A stretch of DNA of 63,201 bases, the filler included, from Octopus bimaculoides (Eukaryota): NCBI RefSeq assembly GCF_001194135.2. It is 4 parts of 4 records of this genome, joined end to end, with 100 filler letters (N's around TTAATTAATTAA, not from the genome) between each part and the next. Parts side by side here need not be neighbours in the genome. Positions count along the whole stretch, not along the records: positions 1 to 25,499 come from NC_068989.1; positions 25,600 to 35,258 come from NC_068993.1; 2 more parts are not named here. One strand, 5' to 3'. The position numbers were made by a program, and so were the translations under genes. Each line of letters starts with the position of its first letter. The first letter of the stretch is position 1. The notes beneath the pieces are model-generated. The model worked only from the letters and a program-made list of their open reading frames with translations. It was not told the origin of the DNA and made no database searches. Shown in pieces: positions 13,869 through 27,466 of this stretch.

Positions 13869-14769
13869 ACAGCGTCATTTTGAGAAACCTTCAGCTGTTT
13901 TCTTTTCTTATTTTCTTTTTTTCCGCGTTTAATGTTGTGTCAAGTTAGAAGTTTTAACGTTGTTTTATTGTTCAGAAGTTACTTTTCTCTCCACCGTATT
14001 TGATTCACTGTTGTTTTTTTTTATATTCTATCTCTCTCATTTTATACGAGATTCTTTATCAGAGTTATTGATCTACTTCTAAGTTATCACAAAAAGCCGA
14101 ACGAAATTTCTAAGTCTGCTTAACGACCAGGATTCACGTCACGTTTCTCATAAATACTTTTTTTTGTTGTTTTGTTTTACGAAAGAAGTGTAGTGAAGAA
14201 AGTTATAAAAGCAATTGTGTGTCTACCATTCACAATTGTAGCCAAGGAGTCTTTACAACAATAAAAAAAAAAACGAGAAATTCCAGCTGCTTTCATTAGG
14301 GGTTAAGCAGGATGACACCTTTCGCTGTCCTGCATTTACTTTATATGGTTAAACTACAGCCAAAGCTCAAGTGGAAATTAAACTGCAGCAACCACATTCT
14401 CAAAGGCCCGGTACCTTGCAGTAAATATAAAACGAAATTTAAATCGATGTAGCTGAGATTTTTATAATGTCTTGTAATAGTAAGTAATATTGTTACTTCA
14501 TTGATATTACTTACATTTTTTTTTCTTCTAACATAGAAGTAATTCTTCAAATTTGAGCAGTAGATTAGTCAGTTATATTTGTTACAACTGGTATTTTTTT
14601 CCACTCCAAAGGACAAAAGAGCCGGGGTTTAGACAACTTAGTGCCAACGCCAAACAACCTACACTGTACACACACACGCACGCACACAAGCACATACATA
14701 CATACATTCATAGATACATACATACATACATACATACATACATACATACATACATACATACAAAAGGTG

Positions 14770-15760
14770 AGTTCAAAAAGCCTTTGAATGTTGCAGTATG
14801 TCACTCATACAACAGTAAAGAAATAAATGAGTACATTTCATGCGTACTCAAAAGTGAGAGCAACAGCGTCTTCAGGTACTCTCAGAATACAGCTGTCTCG
14901 TGCGACCTAAAGAAGGCTGGGCTGGTCTGCCTAAACAATAGCCTGGAGGAGAAGCAGACATCATTCTAGCAAAATGCAATACATGGATACATATCCTGTA
15001 ATCTTGAGAATAGCAACAGCATTGAGCAGAAGAGTAGCTTCTCCTGGACCTTCGCTGTCCAGGGACAGATGATAGCTACTAAAAACATGAGGGACAAAGA
15101 TATCACCAAACTTCTATGTTGTAATAAAAATAATTCGGTTCTGCTATACTAGTGCGGAAGATATCAACCACACCATGAGCAGCTGCCCCCAAATATCTCC
15201 GAGTTGCTATCTGTCTCCTAGGCATTATATAGTTGCAAAGACTAGTTACAATGATATTCGCAGGAAGGATTTCCCTGCGTATACATCAAAAACTTGTCGG
15301 AACCAGCATGTATTCACATCTTTAAAAACAAAGAATACTGATGAAACAAGGAAAGCAACAGTTCAGTACAAACTTGACAGACGTGATATCGTTCTGTAGG
15401 CCAGAGTACAAAAGTAATGCAGAGGCCAGAGTACAAAAGTAATGCAGAGGCCAGAGTACAAAAGTAATGCAGCGACCAGCTGCCCAGCGGATGTGAATGT
15501 TCAATCAAAAGTTCAGGGAAAAGAAAATATTTATAGTGAAGTAATGCAGAACTCAAAGCTCTTGCCCCCTAACCATAAATTTCCATTTGTACCTACTGTC
15601 GTTGGTACATTGGTACCAATACATTTTCACTAATACATAGAAATACCAGGTTTTTGAAGAAAGAGTTAAAGAAACTGGCGCGGATTCCCCAAATCCAATC
15701 TTCCGGTGGCACAGTGAAGTTTTCTAAGACATTCCAAAACTTTTCCATCTAAGATTCTTT
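14770..15760 (+). mobile_element. non-LTR retrotransposon 3' fragment (REL-endonuclease type, R2/NeSL-like), decayed
   Basis: Frames give WTFAVQGQMIATK, EDINHTMSSCPQISPSCYLSPRHYIVAK (zinc-knuckle region with RH motif), RDIVL, and SCPADVNVQSKVQGKENIYSEVMQNSKLLPPNHKFPFVPTVVGTL (REL nuclease end). Confidence 0.7.
15398..15472. repeat. perfect 25-bp tandem triplication
   Basis: aggccagagtacaaaagtaatgcag x3, inside the LINE fragment. Confidence 0.95.
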
Positions 15761-17203
15761 AAATGAATGGATGGAAAGATTTGGGTGTGTGCATCGACAG
15801 CTCAACTAACACACCAACTAAGCCACAAACTTACAAACACAGGCAACTCTCTTAACTTAAAAAGCGTTGTCGTTCTGTTAGCAGCGGCCGACTTGAACGG
15901 TCTTAAGAATTTAAATAAATCTCAGAGAAAACACGCGCGCGCACACACACACACACACACGTACACATATATTTATATTATATATATATATACATAAAGG
16001 TGGAGAGTAAGTGAAACCTCATATTTGACAAAACTTGAATAAAATTATCTAAATAATCTTTAAAATTTTGTCTCCTAGCAATTTACTCTATATTCTGAGT
16101 TCGATTTCTGCTAAGGTCACCTTTATGTTTTTAATAAATTTCTGGGAATGGTTGATAAGCTTACTTACCAGCCACATGACTTCGGGTTCAATTCTTGAGA
16201 CTGTGTTGGATGGTGTCGACATGTGCCCTCCAATTAAAATTTCTGTCCTTGAGTCTAAATCAAAGATCATTACAGTATAGCTGTTAGTAAAATACGTGGG
16301 TTTTTCTTCAAAATTATCTTTTTTATTTTATTATATTTCATTTGCTTTTGTGTCTTGCTTTTAACTAATTATTACGAAAGTCTGAAATTCGAACAAGAGA
16401 AATTCGAACCAGGGAATGCCAGATGAAATTTTGACTTAACAGTCAAGTCTTCAATTGTTTATATCGCGTCTCGAGCGTTCTGCTGTGTATAGAACCAATG
16501 CACACAACTATCTCTTGATTTAATATATGAAGCTGGAAATATCTTGTTAAAGTTGTCTCTAAGCTTTGCTTGTCACCATTAGGGTCTGGGTCATTAAGGA
16601 AGTACACATGATACACAAACACACACACAAACACACACACACACAAATGTACATAGCAAAAGACACAAACACTTACACACACATTCGTATATTGAGAACG
16701 TACAACCTCCTCTATCATTGTGACTTTGGTCATTTTAGTCTTGTCACCTTCGAAACTGAGAAAATCTGTCAATTTCAATGGTGATTTCGATAAATCAAAC
16801 ATTTCCATGGCGCATCAGTAAATATATTATATTTAAAAGGTCTTTGAGGTGTTGTGTTTAGCACCAAGTCGTCATTGTATAAGCAGATCTATAATGGATG
16901 GCACCCCAACCATAATCAACCTGTCTTACTGAAATAATTCATTGAGGAGAATTATGCGACCCTTTTTCTATTAAGACAAAAGGAAATCGTTTATCTTTCA
17001 TCTTTTACTGGTTTTAGTCATTGGACTGCAGCCATTCTGTGGCACTGCCGAGAAAGTTTTAGTCAAACAAACCAACCCCAGTACTTATTTTTTTCAAAAT
17101 CTGGTGCTTATTCTGTTAGTCACTTTTGTCAAAACGCTACTAGAAACCGACACTGGTTGTGAAGAAGTGTGTGTTTGAAACTAATGCAGATACAGACGTA
17201 CAA

Positions 17204-17253
<50 letters not shown>

Positions 17254-19063
17254 ATAATATGGGTGGCTAATTCATAATTTTACAACCTAAAGACAGAAAA
17301 ATATACGTCACTAAAGGGAACAAGTGCACTAATCAGCACCAGTATTGCTAGAAATAAGAGCCAAAGCAACTGAATAGCCACATTAACAATCCCTTGTCTG
17401 CTCATTAATGTAGTGCTTTTGAGGAGCTTTGACTCTTATTTCTAGCAATNNNNNNNNNNNNNNNNNNNNNNNNNNNNNNNNNNNNNNNNNNNNNNNNNNN
17501 NNNNNNNNNNNNNNNNNNNNNNNNNNNNNNNNNNNNNNNNNNNNNNNNNNNNNNNNNNNNNNNNNNNNNNNNNNNNNNNNNNNNNNNNNNNNNNNNNNNN
17601 NNNNNNNNNNNNNNNNNNNNNNNNNNNNNNNTATATATATATATATTTGAATGTGTATGTGTGCGCGCTTGCGCTTTATCTAACTCTATCTCGCTTTTAT
17701 TTAATATTACTTTTTTTTTCTATATTTTCCTTTCTATCTAAATGACTTCTGATTATTACTTAGACTATAAAACCCAATGTAAATTTGGCTTTCTTTTGAT
17801 TCTCTCTTTCATGAAAATCTAATAAAATATGTCTTACGTGTTTTTTTTCTACAGATACCAGATACATTTTTGTAAATCCTATTAGGAAATGAAACACGTA
17901 GAATGGAGAAGAAATAATGCCAAAAACAATTTTCGAATCAAACGCAATGACTGAATCTTGCAAAATGAATAAAAAATGTATAATCCATATATATTAACAC
18001 TGCAGGCGCGCTCTTGTGTGTTTGATTATCTTAAAGTAGGGGGAAAGACCTTTATATTGAAACAGAAATATACTTCTTTACCAATTTCCCATTTAGTCCC
18101 CAACCTTTAAAGCATTCACCAATCTACGTTTAGCATCTCGTAGGGAGTGTATACTCTGGTAAAACCCAAATGATTATCATGCGCCGAGCTTGCACATAAC
18201 AGCAATTCATTGACTGGAATCAATAAAAAAAAAATGGAAAGCAGATCTCTATACATAAGTTTGGTAAGGTTACTTTATAAATGTTATGAGTGCTACCCGA
18301 CTTTTGACGCTGTTTTGATTTTATATTCGAAAACATGACATAAAATGGCGCCTACTTTTCAATAGAAAGTCGAAAACATCATTTTATCATATCTTGATGT
18401 TTAGTACTAGTTTATAGGATTGTTTACCTAAACTTAACAGTCTCAATTTCTCACTTAAATTTCTAAGTGCAATTTCAGTTTATAATGTGAGATAAACATA
18501 TTTTTGTGAATCTACATCCTTTTTATGTCTCACATATTTATATTTTCTGCCACATGCAGTACAGTAAACTGTGAGAAACATTCGCCTTATCCGCCACACT
18601 TTTAATAAATCTACGTGGAATTAGCTCAATAGACTTCAGAAGAACGTGTATTGTTTGGTGTGATAGGAATGATTTTTCTAAGAGTGTAACTGACATAAAT
18701 AACATCAGAGCATGTCATTTGAGAATCAAAACTACATTATAAATACTGATCGGCACAAATCTAGCAGAATTCCTCCGCTTTCTCTACCAATTGACACCAA
18801 AAGATCAAAATAAATTATTCTGCTGAGCTGAATAAAACAAGCCATGTAACATGTTCAAAGGATCTGAGAAATGTTGTTGTCATTCGTGTTCTGATGTTTT
18901 ATTGCTATTATTTCCGCGAGTACCCAGGAATGTATGTTGCATATGCATATACACACATATATACATTTATACACATATGCACTTATACACTCACATATAA
19001 ATATATATACAAAAATATATATTATATATATATATGTTTGTAAATATGTAGTACTTATGTATT

Positions 19064-19119
<56 letters not shown>

Positions 19120-19210
19120 TGTGTATGTATAAATATATACATATATATNNNNNNNNNNNNNNNNNNNNNNNNNNNNNNNNNNNNNNNNNNNNNNNNNNNN
19201 NNNNNNNNNN

Positions 19211-19242
<32 letters not shown>

Positions 19243-19973
19243 TCACATGCATACAGATATACGTATATATGTAGGTATGCATCAAGAAAAAGGAGAGGAA
19301 GTGAAAGGGAGAGTTAAGGGTTCCAATTCCAAACAGAAAAAAGTGCTCAATACATGTAGTACAGTTTGATTAAAGGGACACCTTCGCATCGAAGACCGGT
19401 GATTGTCGTGCGCTGACGACGGGTAAATACCCAGAAACCTGGGTCCGTGCGTATCACGTCAGGTCAACGATGGGAAGGATGGCTTCCCCTTGCAAATACT
19501 GATAGGGCACAGAAAGCGTGTCAATAGCCAGCTGGAGGAGGTTTTCTCCTGGGGCTACAAGCTATAGTAGCAGCCACCCTCAAGGGTTAGCCATATTCAA
19601 GTGGCAAATATACTTCACGTATATATGTGTGTGTGTGTGTGTGTGCGTGTATGTATGTATGTATGCATGTATGTATGTATGTATGTATGTATGTATGTAT
19701 GTATGTATGTATGTATGTATGTATGTATGAGGTTAGGTTTTTGAGGAGGAAGATCTTATGGAATGGTTGCATTTCCTATTATATACTACGCAGAAGTCAA
19801 ATACCAATAAAATGAATTCAAAATATCACTATTTGGTTTTCTCTCACTTTTATAACTTATGTAACACAATGACACAACAACCGAGAGATTTGTTCGTGCG
19901 TTAGCATTTTGCATGTATGTATATACAAATATATATGTATATATATGTACCTGTCTCTGTGTGTGTGTGTGTC

Positions 19974-20010
<37 letters not shown>

Positions 20011-20326
20011 NNNNNNNNNNNNNNNNNNNNNNNNNNNNNNNNNNNNNNNNNNNNNNNNNNNNNNNNNNNNNNNNNNNNNNNNNNNNNNNNNNNNNNNNNN
20101 NNNTATACATATATAGGCAAATCGAAAATTTAAAAATAGCAAAACAAAAGTCAAAAGGACGTAGACAGGGGAGGGAAGTATTAGCTTGACGGTCAGTATA
20201 AGATGGAAAAAAGAGAGGGTGTGTTAGGTTTGGAGCATGGTTCTTTCTGAGAAAAAAGAGAAGAAAGGTCCGGAGAAGGCTAAATGTTCAAGAAAAGCAC
20301 TTATGTGGTTACATGTCTATACACAT

Positions 20327-20379
<53 letters not shown>

Positions 20380-20797
20380 AGTGTGTCTGTCTGTTTGTTT
20401 ATGCTTGTATTATACATACGTGTGTGACCCGGAATGATATTGCTTCCATCTAACATTTTCATTGGATGTTAAGGAGGAAATTTAGAGTGTGCAGATCGAA
20501 TGTTCCTCGCAATGAAGGCTTAGATTTACGTTTAATCGTTACTAACGCTTAGATTAAGTCAATGAATCTCTTTTGCACATATTGCCGTAACCATTTGTTG
20601 CGATAAGCTAATGGATTTTGTATTCCGATACTGATCATAACATATAAACAAATATGATTGCACAAAGGCCTGCCAATTACGATTCTAACAGATGTATTAT
20701 TCGTATTTTCAGGGCAAACAGAAGACCACTATGAAGTATTTGTTAAATATGGGTAGGAGTATTTTATGGTTTTCTTGATTCAATTATATACGTGGAA

Positions 20798-20857
<60 letters not shown>

Positions 20858-21165
20858 GTTGTTGTAGTTGTTGTAGTTGTTGCTGCTGCTGCTGCTGCTA
20901 CTGCTTAGTAATATACCTTTTCGAACCGACCTCTGATCAAAGACATTCTAGCGATGAAAGATATTTCGCCCTGTCTATTATTTCGGACATTGTATATCTG
21001 TGTTTCAGTTTCTTTTTCAGATTATAAAGTGTGATTTTGAGGAAGACTTTGCCTTCTATTCTCGTATCACAAATGTTTTTTCCCCCATCATTCTCTAATT
21101 ACGCTAATTAATAACGAATTGTCAGAGGAAATTCAGGTTGAAATAAAAATAAAAAAAACTCTTAC

Positions 21166-21230
21166 CGTATTTGATAGCATAAAAGGAGGAGGAACATGTT
21201 AGAAACACCTCAGTTCCAGCAGTGCATATT
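21166..21230 (-). CDS. candidate isolated coding exon, unknown product (ICTAGTEVFLTCSSSFYAIKY)
   Basis: Acceptor atttccacag| at 21231 and donor |gtaaga at 21165; only one of three frames is stop-free (phase 2 in, phase 1 out). No recognised homology. Confidence 0.3.
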
Positions 21231-21334
21231 CTGTGGAAATGTTTTTGATGAATTTAACCTTGTAATCTTGCAGTAAATTACAAGACATTATAAAAGTCGC
21301 TTTTCCAGTATAAGTAATAATCCGTTCCACTATA

Positions 21335-21540
21335 AGCACAAGGCCTGAACTTTTGTGTGGGTGGGGGTAACTTGTCAATTACCCTGACCCCAGTGTTACA
21401 CTGGCACTTAGTTTTTCGAATACGAAAGAATGAAAGAAAAGGTGGAACTCGGCGAATTAGAACTCAGAACGTAAAGATGGACAATATGCTGCAAAGCGTT
21501 TTGCCCGGCGTGCTAACGACTTTACTAGCTCACCGCCTTA
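21335..21540 (-). mobile_element. SINE copy
   Basis: ggcgaattagaactcagaacgtaaagatggac...cccggcgtgctaacgac...ctcaccgcc matches the family seen at 59845. Confidence 0.75.
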
Positions 21541-21546
21541 GTACAA

Positions 21547-21665
<119 letters not shown>

Positions 21666-21799
21666 NNNNNNNNNNNNNNNNNNNNNNNNNNNNNNNNNNN
21701 NNNNNNNNNNNNNNNNNNNNNNNNNNNNNNNNNNNNNNNNNNNNNNNNNNNNNNNNNNNNNNNNNNNNNNNNNNNNNNNNNNNNNNNNNNNNNNNNNNN

Positions 21800-22063
21800 T
21801 AGTGCTCATGGGAACTGCCCATATCCTACGTAAAATACTGTCTATGTGATCTCAAATTTTAAAACAAACACATAATCTTCTTATGGTTTCTTAAACATTC
21901 TCTAGAACAACACTGTACAAATCCAAACATATGGTACCCTAGGCATAACACCTACATGAACTTCTAATTTGTTGTCTCTTGAGGTCTCTGGGTGAGACTT
22001 GGATCCAACTTGTACAAATGCAAAGCAAAAGTTAAACATAATAATAATAATAATAATAATAAC

Positions 22064-22120
<57 letters not shown>
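21800..22120 (+). mobile_element. 3' terminus of REL-type non-LTR retrotransposon with (TAA)n tail
   Basis: VLMGTAHILRKILSM* is a typical C-terminus of R2/R4-like ORFs; followed by a ~190-bp 3' UTR and a (TAA)n tail. Confidence 0.7.
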
Positions 22121-22121
<1 letters not shown>

Positions 22122-22279
22122 TTTAAATACATGTTATTATTTTGGAATCAGTATAGGCAGAAGAGACTATCTGAATTAAGATTAGCCTATAGCAAGGCAT
22201 ATCCGAGATAAAACAAGCTTAGAAGAGGCCCAACTCCATATTTTGGTTTCATATATGGTAGTTCTATCTCTTAATCAAG

Positions 22280-22560
22280 ATGGCAGGCGGTGCTTATCAT
22301 TTTTTTAGAGTCCTTAAAATTGGTAGAGGAGATAGGGAAACGTATCATCAAACGGGAAGCATGATCCGATTGCTTCCAAAAGAGTCGACACTACTAAAAG
22401 CACTCAACGGTGCTTTTGGTAAACTATTTTGCAAAACCGAGAGAAATCGAAATGAAGTCTGTCATAGAATTAGGCCGCAAACAGATTTGGATTTGAGACG
22501 TATAATACAGGAAGAAATACTGCAAGGCGACTCACTTCACATTCCAATAAATTCCGCCAG
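22280..22560 (+). mobile_element. possible decayed Merlin/IS1595-like transposase fragment
   Basis: KIGRGDRETYHQTGS...GAFGKLFCKTERNRNEVCH...DLRRIIQEEILQGDSLH weakly resembles the ISXO2-type pattern (KRKYHRG...WVFG...TLLPIIxxxILPGTTIH). Confidence 0.3.
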
Positions 22561-22739
22561 TCCAGCACCGTATATTAGTAATTTATTTACCAACCCCAGA
22601 AAGAGAGAAAGCAAAGTATGACTTTGGCAGAAATTGAACCTCAAAACAGTAGAAACCGGAATACATACCGCCAGGCATTTTCTGAAATACTTTTACGCTT
22701 CTGCTCTTTAGTTGCCAAGTGTAGACTAAAAGAACACTC

Positions 22740-22838
22740 GAAGTAGGTGTATGCTGTCAACTTAATGTGACAGTCCCCTGAAGGGAATAATACTACTGTT
22801 GGGACTGTCACATGAAGTTGACAGCATACAACTACTTC
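22740..22838. repeat. near-perfect inverted repeat (38-bp arms, 23-nt loop)
   Basis: Arm 22740-22777 versus reverse complement of 22801-22838: 36/38 identical. Confidence 0.95.
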
Positions 22839-23251
22839 CTCGTATCACTACTGCATGAATCTCTCTGAGAGATTTAGAAATGTATTATTTCCAAAAGAAC
22901 ACTCGTTGTTCAAATATAGAACATGCTGAATTTTCCACATTCTACTTTTTAATATTTTTATCTTTCAGTATCCTACCTTCTCAACGGGTAAACAACAAAA
23001 ATAATCGTAAGACATATCACAGGTAGTGCACAACAGCTGCAAAACCTGCATTAATGGAGAATATAGAGTTAACGGTTTTTCTAACACATATCACATTCAC
23101 ACAGTGAGTTGGATATCTGATTCTACAAGTGAATATCGGTTTGTTTTGTTGGTTTCTTGTCACAGAAAATCAAATATGGCCTGACTGATAGATTTGCTTG
23201 GATGAATGTTCTAACGTAAATATTAATAGTAATGAAGTAGATATTGTCATC

Positions 23252-23306
<55 letters not shown>

Positions 23307-23564
23307 NNNNNNNNNNNNNNNNNNNTATATATAGGCGCGCGTGCGTGTGCACGGGCGTATTTATGCATGTATGTATGTATGTATGTATGTATGTATGTAT
23401 GTATGTATTTATGTATGTATGTGAGCATGCATGTATGGTTCGGTTGTATCTACTATGCAGTTCTCTTGGGACAATCGTTCCTGCAAAACGTATTATTTTC
23501 GAAAGTACTTGCCGCATGATTCTACCTATCCAAGAACTAAGAGTATCTACAATTCAGTAATTCA

Positions 23565-23596
<32 letters not shown>

Positions 23597-24050
23597 GTAT
23601 ATGTATGTGTGTGTGCGTGCGTGCGTATGTGTGTATGTGTATGTATATGTATGTACATATACATATGCATACATACTTTACATATCCATGTATATATAAG
23701 TAGACATTGTTTTGTGTGTGAATTGTATGTTTTTTTGTGCCCACACGAATATATATATCTATAACCACTGTCATGGAGGCGAACGATAGTCACATTTTAC
23801 AACTCATATCCTATGTGCATATAATTTGTTATCAAATAAATAGCATTCCATAGGAAAAAAAAAACTGAAACATCGATTTTCTAATCGCAATCCCCTTGAT
23901 TAACAGGCCGACTGGAAACGCTTTGATGCTTTTTCAGCTTTTACTCTTTCTTTCTTATCATATTTATTGATAATCCATTTGGTTAAAGCCTCGTCTTTCG
24001 CATCTATTACACGAGAGAATAAATGACATTTGTAATATCACTCACTCATC

Positions 24051-24129
<79 letters not shown>

Positions 24130-25149
24130 CCTCAGTTTATCTCTTTCTATCTCACCCTCTCTTTATCTCTTCCTCACTCTCTAAAGCACATCCACAAGCA
24201 CACAACACATATACATAATTCTGGTCACACACCTGAGGATGTGAATGTGTTTTTAACATATATTTAATCTCGTTGGCTAAATAGAAGAAAAAAAGTGTCT
24301 GCCTCAATCTATCACTTTATATGTTTACTAACCATTTGCATTTCCCTGGAGACAAAATCAGACGAGGGTTAAGCGATGTGACAATAATTGCATCGAAGAA
24401 TAAAAGTTCATACGAATCTTTGTGTGTGTTTATGTTATTTCCAGTGTATGTAACGTTGTATAATTGTACCGTTCCTATTTGTATTAACCAAGACATGTTT
24501 GTTTGTGCGCTGTAATCGTTGGTTGTTCATGTGTCTATATCTAGGCCAGATTTACGTTTATTTGTTGATCTCGGTGAGTGAATTTCTGATTAAACTTGCA
24601 CAATATACTTTTCTTTATACGTGGAGAGAAAGCATTTTTCAGGCATTGTTTGTCAACATGTCTTCGTGCTGTTGTGGTTAAAATGTACATCAGTCTACTC
24701 TGAATGATGGAATGATCTCATTCACACTAACTGATATACATATATATGTATATATGTATGTATTTATCTATCTATTTCCTATCTAGTTATATATATACAT
24801 TTATATAGATGTGTGCACGCGTGTGTGTGTATGCATAGATATGCATACATATAGATGTATGTGGGAAAAATGGCGACAATGTGGGTGCTTGTATAAGGCA
24901 TACTCGCGTACTAGCCGTGCACCTCTGCTTTTTATTAAAGTTCTGTATATAATTATGACCTATCCATGTATGCGTGTATTATGTAGTTATGTATGTATGC
25001 ATGTATGTATGTATGTATGTATGCCTCTAAATATGTATGCATGCAAGCATCTACTACTCTCTTATCAATTAATATATAATCCATCAATACCCTATCCACT
25101 ACTGTTTCTCCCTCCACCCTCCATCATGTGAACTTATATATATATGCAA

Positions 25150-25499
25150 TCAAGCCCTATGCATAGCACTCGTGGAAACTCACCTCAACCCTGATATAGA
25201 GGATGCAGAAGTACACGTACCAAAATATGTCATACTGCGAACAGACAGAAGGGAAAGGAGCCATGGTGGAGTTGCTGTATACATCCGTGACGACCTCATA
25301 CCCCAGGTCTTACTGTCATACTCAAATTCGGTATGCGACACCCAAATTGTATACATAAGACAACATAATATAGTCATATGCAATGCATATTGCCCACCGG
25401 ATACTCCAAACCACATTGGCAAATTTGAAGATTGCCTCACTAGAATTAAAGAAATCCTCATGAAACTGGAACATCATGTGACCATATTTCTTATGGGTG
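25150..25499 (+). mobile_element. LINE apurinic endonuclease (APE) domain fragment, truncated by spacer
   Basis: ETHLNPDIEDAEVHVPKYVILRTDRRERSHGGVAVYIRDDL...ICNAYCPPD...IFLMG matches the ETW/DR..GGGVA.Y/YRPP/GD motifs of LINE APE domains. Confidence 0.85.
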
Positions 25500-25599
25500 N
25501 NNNNNNNNNNNNNNNNNNNNNNNNNNNNNNNNNNNNNNNNNNNTTAATTAATTAANNNNNNNNNNNNNNNNNNNNNNNNNNNNNNNNNNNNNNNNNNNN
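25500..25599. other. artificial scaffold spacer (44 N + TTAATTAATTAA + 44 N)
   Basis: Exactly 100 bp, identical design at 35259 and 52009; the 12-mer gives stop codons in all six frames. Confidence 0.95.
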
Positions 25600-25879
25600 T
25601 TGATATGTATTAGTGAATATTTATTTATAAGTAATATTTTTCATAAAAAAAAAACGTTTTTATGTAAAATTGTTGATGAAAATACTTATGAATATTCAAA
25701 TGTGCTCACAGCAATTTATGTAGATATGTAATATAAAATATTGTTCATAGACATATTTCTCAATACATATTGTTCTTCATAAAATATTTACTTTTATAAA
25801 GTATTAACGGAAATGCTTATTGCTGTGGCAATATTTTTAATACCACTGTTCATTACTAAATAGTAAAATTCTCATCCAT

Positions 25880-26190
25880 AAAGAACCTCGGCGGAATTTG
25901 AACTCAGAACGTAAAGACGGACGAAATTATGCTAATCATTTCGCTTGGTCTGCTAATGATTCTACCAGCTCGCCGACCTACCACAGCGAAATATTGATTT
26001 CAAATTTCGGCTAAATCCAGCAATGGATAAGTCGATTACATCGACCTCAGTGTCTAACTGGTATTTATTTTTATCGACCCAGAATGTATTAAAAGCAAAG
26101 CCAGCGTTTGAACTCAGAACGTAAAGGCAGACAAAATGCCACTGAGCATTATGGCCAGCATACTACCAATTCTGCCAACTCACCGCCCTA
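25880..26190 (-). mobile_element. two stacked SINE copies
   Basis: Two tttgaactcagaacgtaaag...ctcgccg/ctcaccg units, each followed by accacagcgaaatattg / accgcagcgaagtattg (probable target-site duplication). Confidence 0.75.
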
Positions 26191-27466
26191 CCGCAGCGAA
26201 GTATTGTTGATAAATATATTTACTCTTATGTAATATTGTTAACAAAATATTCATCAATATTTATCGATATTTATTACTGATAAAAATGTTTATCCTGGTT
26301 ATTTCAATATGTTCTTATCTACAGATAATATTTTCCTTGCTCGTCGTGTACAATATATTGGCAATTAATTATACGTTTTAATATTTTTTTCGTGTCATTG
26401 CATTTAATACATTAGCCTCCACTTAAATATATATTCTTCATGCATCTCCAATATATTGCAGCCAAATCTCCAACTAATTACACAATACCGTTTCTCGCGA
26501 ACGGAACACAGTATGGAATACCTTAAATAATGTAGGCCTAGACACGCTTTTCCTTTATCAATGTCATCTAACTTCATACAGAGATCATAGAGTATTAGAT
26601 ACCCACTTCTATTCTTTTAGTGATTTAGACAATAACGAGCGATGATAGCAATGTCACTTGTATTAACACAACTTCGCTCGACCATGGGTCAAAGGGCAAT
26701 CTTCATCCACCTGGCCTCCTAGAAATAGTAATCGAAAACAGCGGTTATATGCCACTGACTTACAAAGTCCCCAATATTACGATTTTACTCTTTAAATTCA
26801 AAATTTCTTAGGTATGCGACTTATATTGAAGTACTGTTTTTGTTTAGAGCTTAAAGAATTTTGTTTTGGTAAATTAAGTTCTAGAGACATAAGCAACATG
26901 ATATTTCATATAATTGCCGACGAGATTTTGTCTGTTGGTTAGGGTTTCTACGCTTGTGTGTGTGTGTAGAGAGAGAGATCGATGCTGCCATAATCTGTGA
27001 TTGCTCTTGTTCATTTCAAAGCCGTGTCTGACCTAACGAGGTCTGTAATAACAGGCGTTACAACCATGACAGTCCCGTCTTTTTGAGATACCTAAAAAAT
27101 ACATTATCTAACAGTTTTTTCCTCTTAATTGCTTAACCTCTATTAACGCCTTTCAGTGCCTCACTAAATGTTCCAGGGATCAGAACCCTGGCACAAATAT
27201 TTGTAACAAAGTAGACCCTCCTAAACACGCCTAAGGTCCAATTTGTGATATTACACCAGGCGCCGGAATAAGTCTGTCCCCACACCCACATCCACATCCA
27301 CCAACCCACCCACACACACCTATCAAGATGGTTGACTGTGATTTATGGCAGATTTGGCTACCATTTATACTGGCCGAACGACAGCTTAGAAACTTTGTCG
27401 TTAACTTGTGATTTATATTACAGTTAACATTTTTGTTTTTATTGTACCATATATAAAAACACTTAC

